Origin: the human T2T-CHM13v2.0 reference genome, Homo sapiens
DNA: 64,000 bases
Assembly (NCBI RefSeq): GCF_009914755.1
Contig: NC_060948.1
Direction: 5' to 3' (one strand)
The translations under genes were made by a program, and so were the position numbers. Below the pieces are notes generated by a model. The model was not told where the DNA came from and made no database searches. It was given only the letters and a program-made list of their open reading frames with translations. Each line of letters starts with the position of its first letter. The first letter of the stretch is position 1. Positions 56,740 through 64,000 of the stretch are shown here, in pieces.

Positions 56740-59700
56740 TCAGGCCCGTACTTGTCCTGACCTCCACATGCCCAATGGCCATGTGACCCTAGTGGCTGGG
56801 GGAGGAGGTTGAGAACTATGGCAGGGAACCAAGCAGTGAGGGAGTGATGGTGGGTCTGGCTGGCGTGATGACTGACCGTTAAGCCTGCCTTGGCTGAGGG
56901 CCCCGGGCAGTGGGGCCGCAAGAGCAGGCAGAGCCTTCAGCCACAGAGCCAGGAAGATGCTGCTGTCTCTAGTACTTCACATGTACTCGCCTGCTTCGGA
57001 CGTCATGCTCCTAGGCATGGTGCTCACCCATGTGCCGGCCTGGGGAGTCTGGCAGCTGCCCTCCGTCATCCCGTCCGCCAGCTTCTTCCAGGCGGTGGAC
57101 AGCTGGCTCTACTGCGTCTACCAGAGTGTGGCGCTCTTTGAGAACTACACCAGAGTACAGATATTGCTACATGGAAGTATGCCAAAAATTAAGAAAAATA
57201 TAATGTATTTAGCAAATCATCAAAGCACAGTTGACTGGATTGTTACTGATATATTGGCCATTGAGCCGAATGCTCTTGGACCTATGTGCTCTGTGCTGAA
57301 AGATTAAAATGACTTCCATCATACAGGTGTTACTTGTCTCAGCATGGAGGAATCTAAAAGAAAGTGCCAAATGTATTGAAAAAGAAATGAGAAACAAGTG
57401 GCAGAGCTACATGAATGCGGAAACTGCTATGCATTTTATGATTTTTTTCCAGAAGGTACAAGGTATAACACCAGACAAACAAGTCCTTTCAGCTCGTCAA
57501 TTTGCTGCTCAACAAGGCCTTGCAGTATTAGAGCATGCTGACACCACTAACAAAGACAGCTCATGTTGCTTTTAATTCTATGAAGAATTAGTTGATGCAA
57601 TTTGTAATGTTACAGTAGTTTATGAAGGAAAAGATGATAAGGAGAAACTCAAAAATCACTATCCATGACTGAATTTCTCTGCAAAGAATGCCCCAAAATT
57701 ATTACTCACATTGATGATACAGACAAAAAACGTGTCCCAGAAGGGCAAGAATATATGAGAGGATGGCTTCATGAACATTTTGAAATAAAAAAAATAAGGT
57801 TTCAAAGAACTATGACTCACCAGACCCAGAAAGAAGAAACAAATTTCTTAGAAAAACTGTTAATTTCGAATTAAGAATCAAGAAGACTTTAGCATCAGTA
57901 TTCATCTTAAATGGTTTGACTGATGGCATGCTTATGACCAGAGGCTAGAAGCAAGGTTCCATATGTCCACTGTATGTTTTACATACAGTTTCCTTCCAGG
58001 CTCTGGTCACAAGCATGCCATCAGTAAAACCATTTAAAAATTTGTGACTAAAGCCAATATGTGGTTGGTCTTGCACAATCATACATGGTTTTATACCTTT
58101 AGTCATGAGGCTGCTGGTGAGGTAAAAGCTAAACAGACAGTTCCCATGACACCTTCAGAAGATTAGGGATTTCATAATTTGTTATTGTTTTGTAATTCAA
58201 ATTACTACATTTGAACATTAATTTTCAGCATATTTTACTATTCTTGTTATTTTCCATTTATTACAACCTAACAGCTCCAAACTCTTATCACTAATTAGTA
58301 TCTTGCAGCTATGTAATATTTCACTTCTTTCTTAATTTCTGCAAGTGAATGAAATAAATGGTATTTAAATATGAAGATGTTAAAGGAAAAGGGGAAAATT
58401 TTCATGGGGAAGAAGCTCTATTTAGTGCAAGTTTTCATTACATTGCATTATTAGCTGATTTTGTTCACTTTCTATTTTGCAAAATAATGAACTTTTCTAA
58501 TATATATTGAAATTGCTTAATTTGCACACCCTGTACTCTACACAAAAGAATAATGTATAACATATGAGAATGTAGTTTAAGTTAAAATTGTAAATTTGAT
58601 TCACTGAAACAGAACTTTAAATTGCCCACCATTTTGAAGACTTAAGCTACACTTTAGTACTTCCCAACCTTTGTGCTGTGTTTGAAACATTAAGGTTCCC
58701 GATTATTTTTTACGTGAAAATAACCTGTGAGAACTTTTGTTAGACCTTGAGTTCACAGATATTTGATGTAATGGGAGCCTACAGACATTTCGACAAGATT
58801 TACTACCATGTGCCTATTTTTCTTTGCTTTAGCAAAAATACTTAATTCAAAAATCACTTTTATGTTACCCTGGTAGATTTCCACTGTGTTCTAGTCCTTT
58901 CCCCTTGGATTTCCTTCAGTGATGCTGCTCAGTGGCTTGAGTGTAGACTTGCAGTGAGGAAATGCAGTGCTAGCCAGTGTTGCCCTGTTTCAAAGTTGAA
59001 CTCTTTAAGCCCTTGTGAGTGAGCTTCACTGGCTACCGAAGAGGAATTTTGCATTTGTGTAGGGAAAATCACCTTCCTCAAGCCAATGGAATGCAGACTT
59101 AATTCATCAGAACTGAGTTAATTTGTTTATATTACATTAGTTTTAATGGAGTTATACAGTAATTTAAAGTGTCACCACAGAACAAGAGCTTCGTTCCAAG
59201 AATGAAATCACATAATTTCCAGTCATGTAATAATATATTCCATAGAATAATGCTTTTAAAAAAATGTGAAATGCTCTTTTTTATGTTATAATTTAAACTT
59301 GATTGGCTACTTATTCTTTATGTTAACATTTCTGCTTACTGCTAGTGAATTTTTGCTAGAAAATTATACCAATGATCCAAATGAAACACACCGATCGAAT
59401 CATGATAAACAAAATGAAAAAAAAAACCTAAGGAAAATCATATCTGGCTGCATTACACTGCTTATCCAAAACTAGAGAATAAGCCATTTCAAGCAACACC
59501 TTTGAAGAGTCACATAGTATGAGTTTGTATATGTTAGTATGTAGATGTATACACATGTTCACATACACTCAGGATGCAGCTGACCTGACTATGAATGGGG
59601 GCATAGATAAAACTTATGAAAATTGAGCTCATGCCAAATTGTAATTTTCAATTTCCTGTAAAGTAAAATTTATATCCCTCCCATGACCTTGTTAAATAAA

Positions 59701-60258
59701 TTTATGAACAGTACTGCACTAAATCTAGAACTTATTTCCACCTAGGTTAAAACAAATGTAAATTGTGTACCTTATTTTGAATATCATGAATGTGATATAA
59801 ATTTACACTTCAGGAAGCAATATCATTGGAATTATGTCGATTATAACTCATTTTAACAAGACAAAGAAACCTGCATACAATCACTTGAGTATTATTTTTT
59901 TAGGACTACACTTATATTCTTCTCACAAAAGGTCTATAAAATATGGTATTTAAAACTATTTGTAACAAAATGTTTTGAAAATTAGAAACTTCTCTTTAAC
60001 ACGTATGGATATTTACTTGAATTATCATTTCCTAAAATCAAGAGCTCTCTGCCTACCTGTAAATCTGTTCAACATCATTAAACTTCTGTTTGTATTATTA
60101 TTTTTGTTTACCTATAGCTTAGTTTTTTTTTTTTTACCTAGTTTATCTTTATAAGAATGACATCAGTGTGCATGCTTTTATATTATTCAGAACATGGTAT
60201 GTTTGCATGAATGTAAAAAAATGAAATAGTTTACTGTAAAAAAATAAATAAATAAAAA
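56740..60258 (+). pseudogene. AGPAT5: Processed pseudogene (retrocopy) of AGPAT5 (1-acylglycerol-3-phosphate O-acyltransferase 5): 5' UTR, disrupted CDS 56957-~57951, long 3' UTR, A-rich tail
   Basis: Intronless collinear translation matches recalled AGPAT5: 'MLLSLVLH.YS', 'LYCVYQS..LFENYT.VQILL', acyltransferase motif I 'YLANHQSTVDWIV', 'EKEMRNK.QSY', FPEGTR, 'MTEFLCKECPKI', 'GWLHEHFEIK'. Multiple stops and frameshifts, GC-rich leader, tail 'aaaaaaataaataaataaaaa'. Outer boundaries approximate. Confidence 0.93.
57907..58037. repeat. Inverted repeat: 45-bp arms (41/45 complementary), 41-nt spacer containing a perfect 9-bp inner stem
   Basis: Arm 57907-57951 versus arm 57993-58037; inner ACTGTATGT-TTT-ACATACAGT at 57969-57989. 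Confidence 0.95.

Positions 60259-64000
<3,742 letters not shown>

Noticed and set aside
56957-57951. Functional AGPAT5 gene or retrogene
   Set aside because: Stop at 57305-57307, several frameshifts, small deletions and loss of the C-terminus; no introns.

Overview
Primate (human-like) genomic DNA, AT-rich and dominated by interspersed repeats. I found no intact protein-coding gene. Main contents: (1) the 5' part of a decayed class I (gammaretrovirus-like, tRNA-Arg-primed, HERV3/ERV3-like) provirus on the minus strand (5' LTR 6198-6719, PBS, gag-pro-pol running off the left edge); (2) MER4-group LTRs, full-length THE1C-like and MSTB-like MaLR elements and several solo MaLR LTRs; (3) many L1s, including a near full-length L1PB on the minus strand and three 5'-inverted (twin-primed) L1s; (4) about 11 Alus, MIRs, a Tigger4a-like MITE and microsatellites; (5) a decayed processed pseudogene of AGPAT5 (about 56740-60258). 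I see no evidence for a new multi-gene system. The most unusual structures are a nested fold-back (45-bp inverted duplication plus inner palindrome) replacing the C-terminus of the AGPAT5 retrocopy, an in-frame 3 x 108-bp triplication in the capsid region of the ERV gag, an inverted L1 lacking about 2 kb at its inversion junction, and two inverted L1s that share the same unusual variants. Repeat subfamily names come from recalled consensus sequences, not from a database search, and boundaries of old repeats are approximate.
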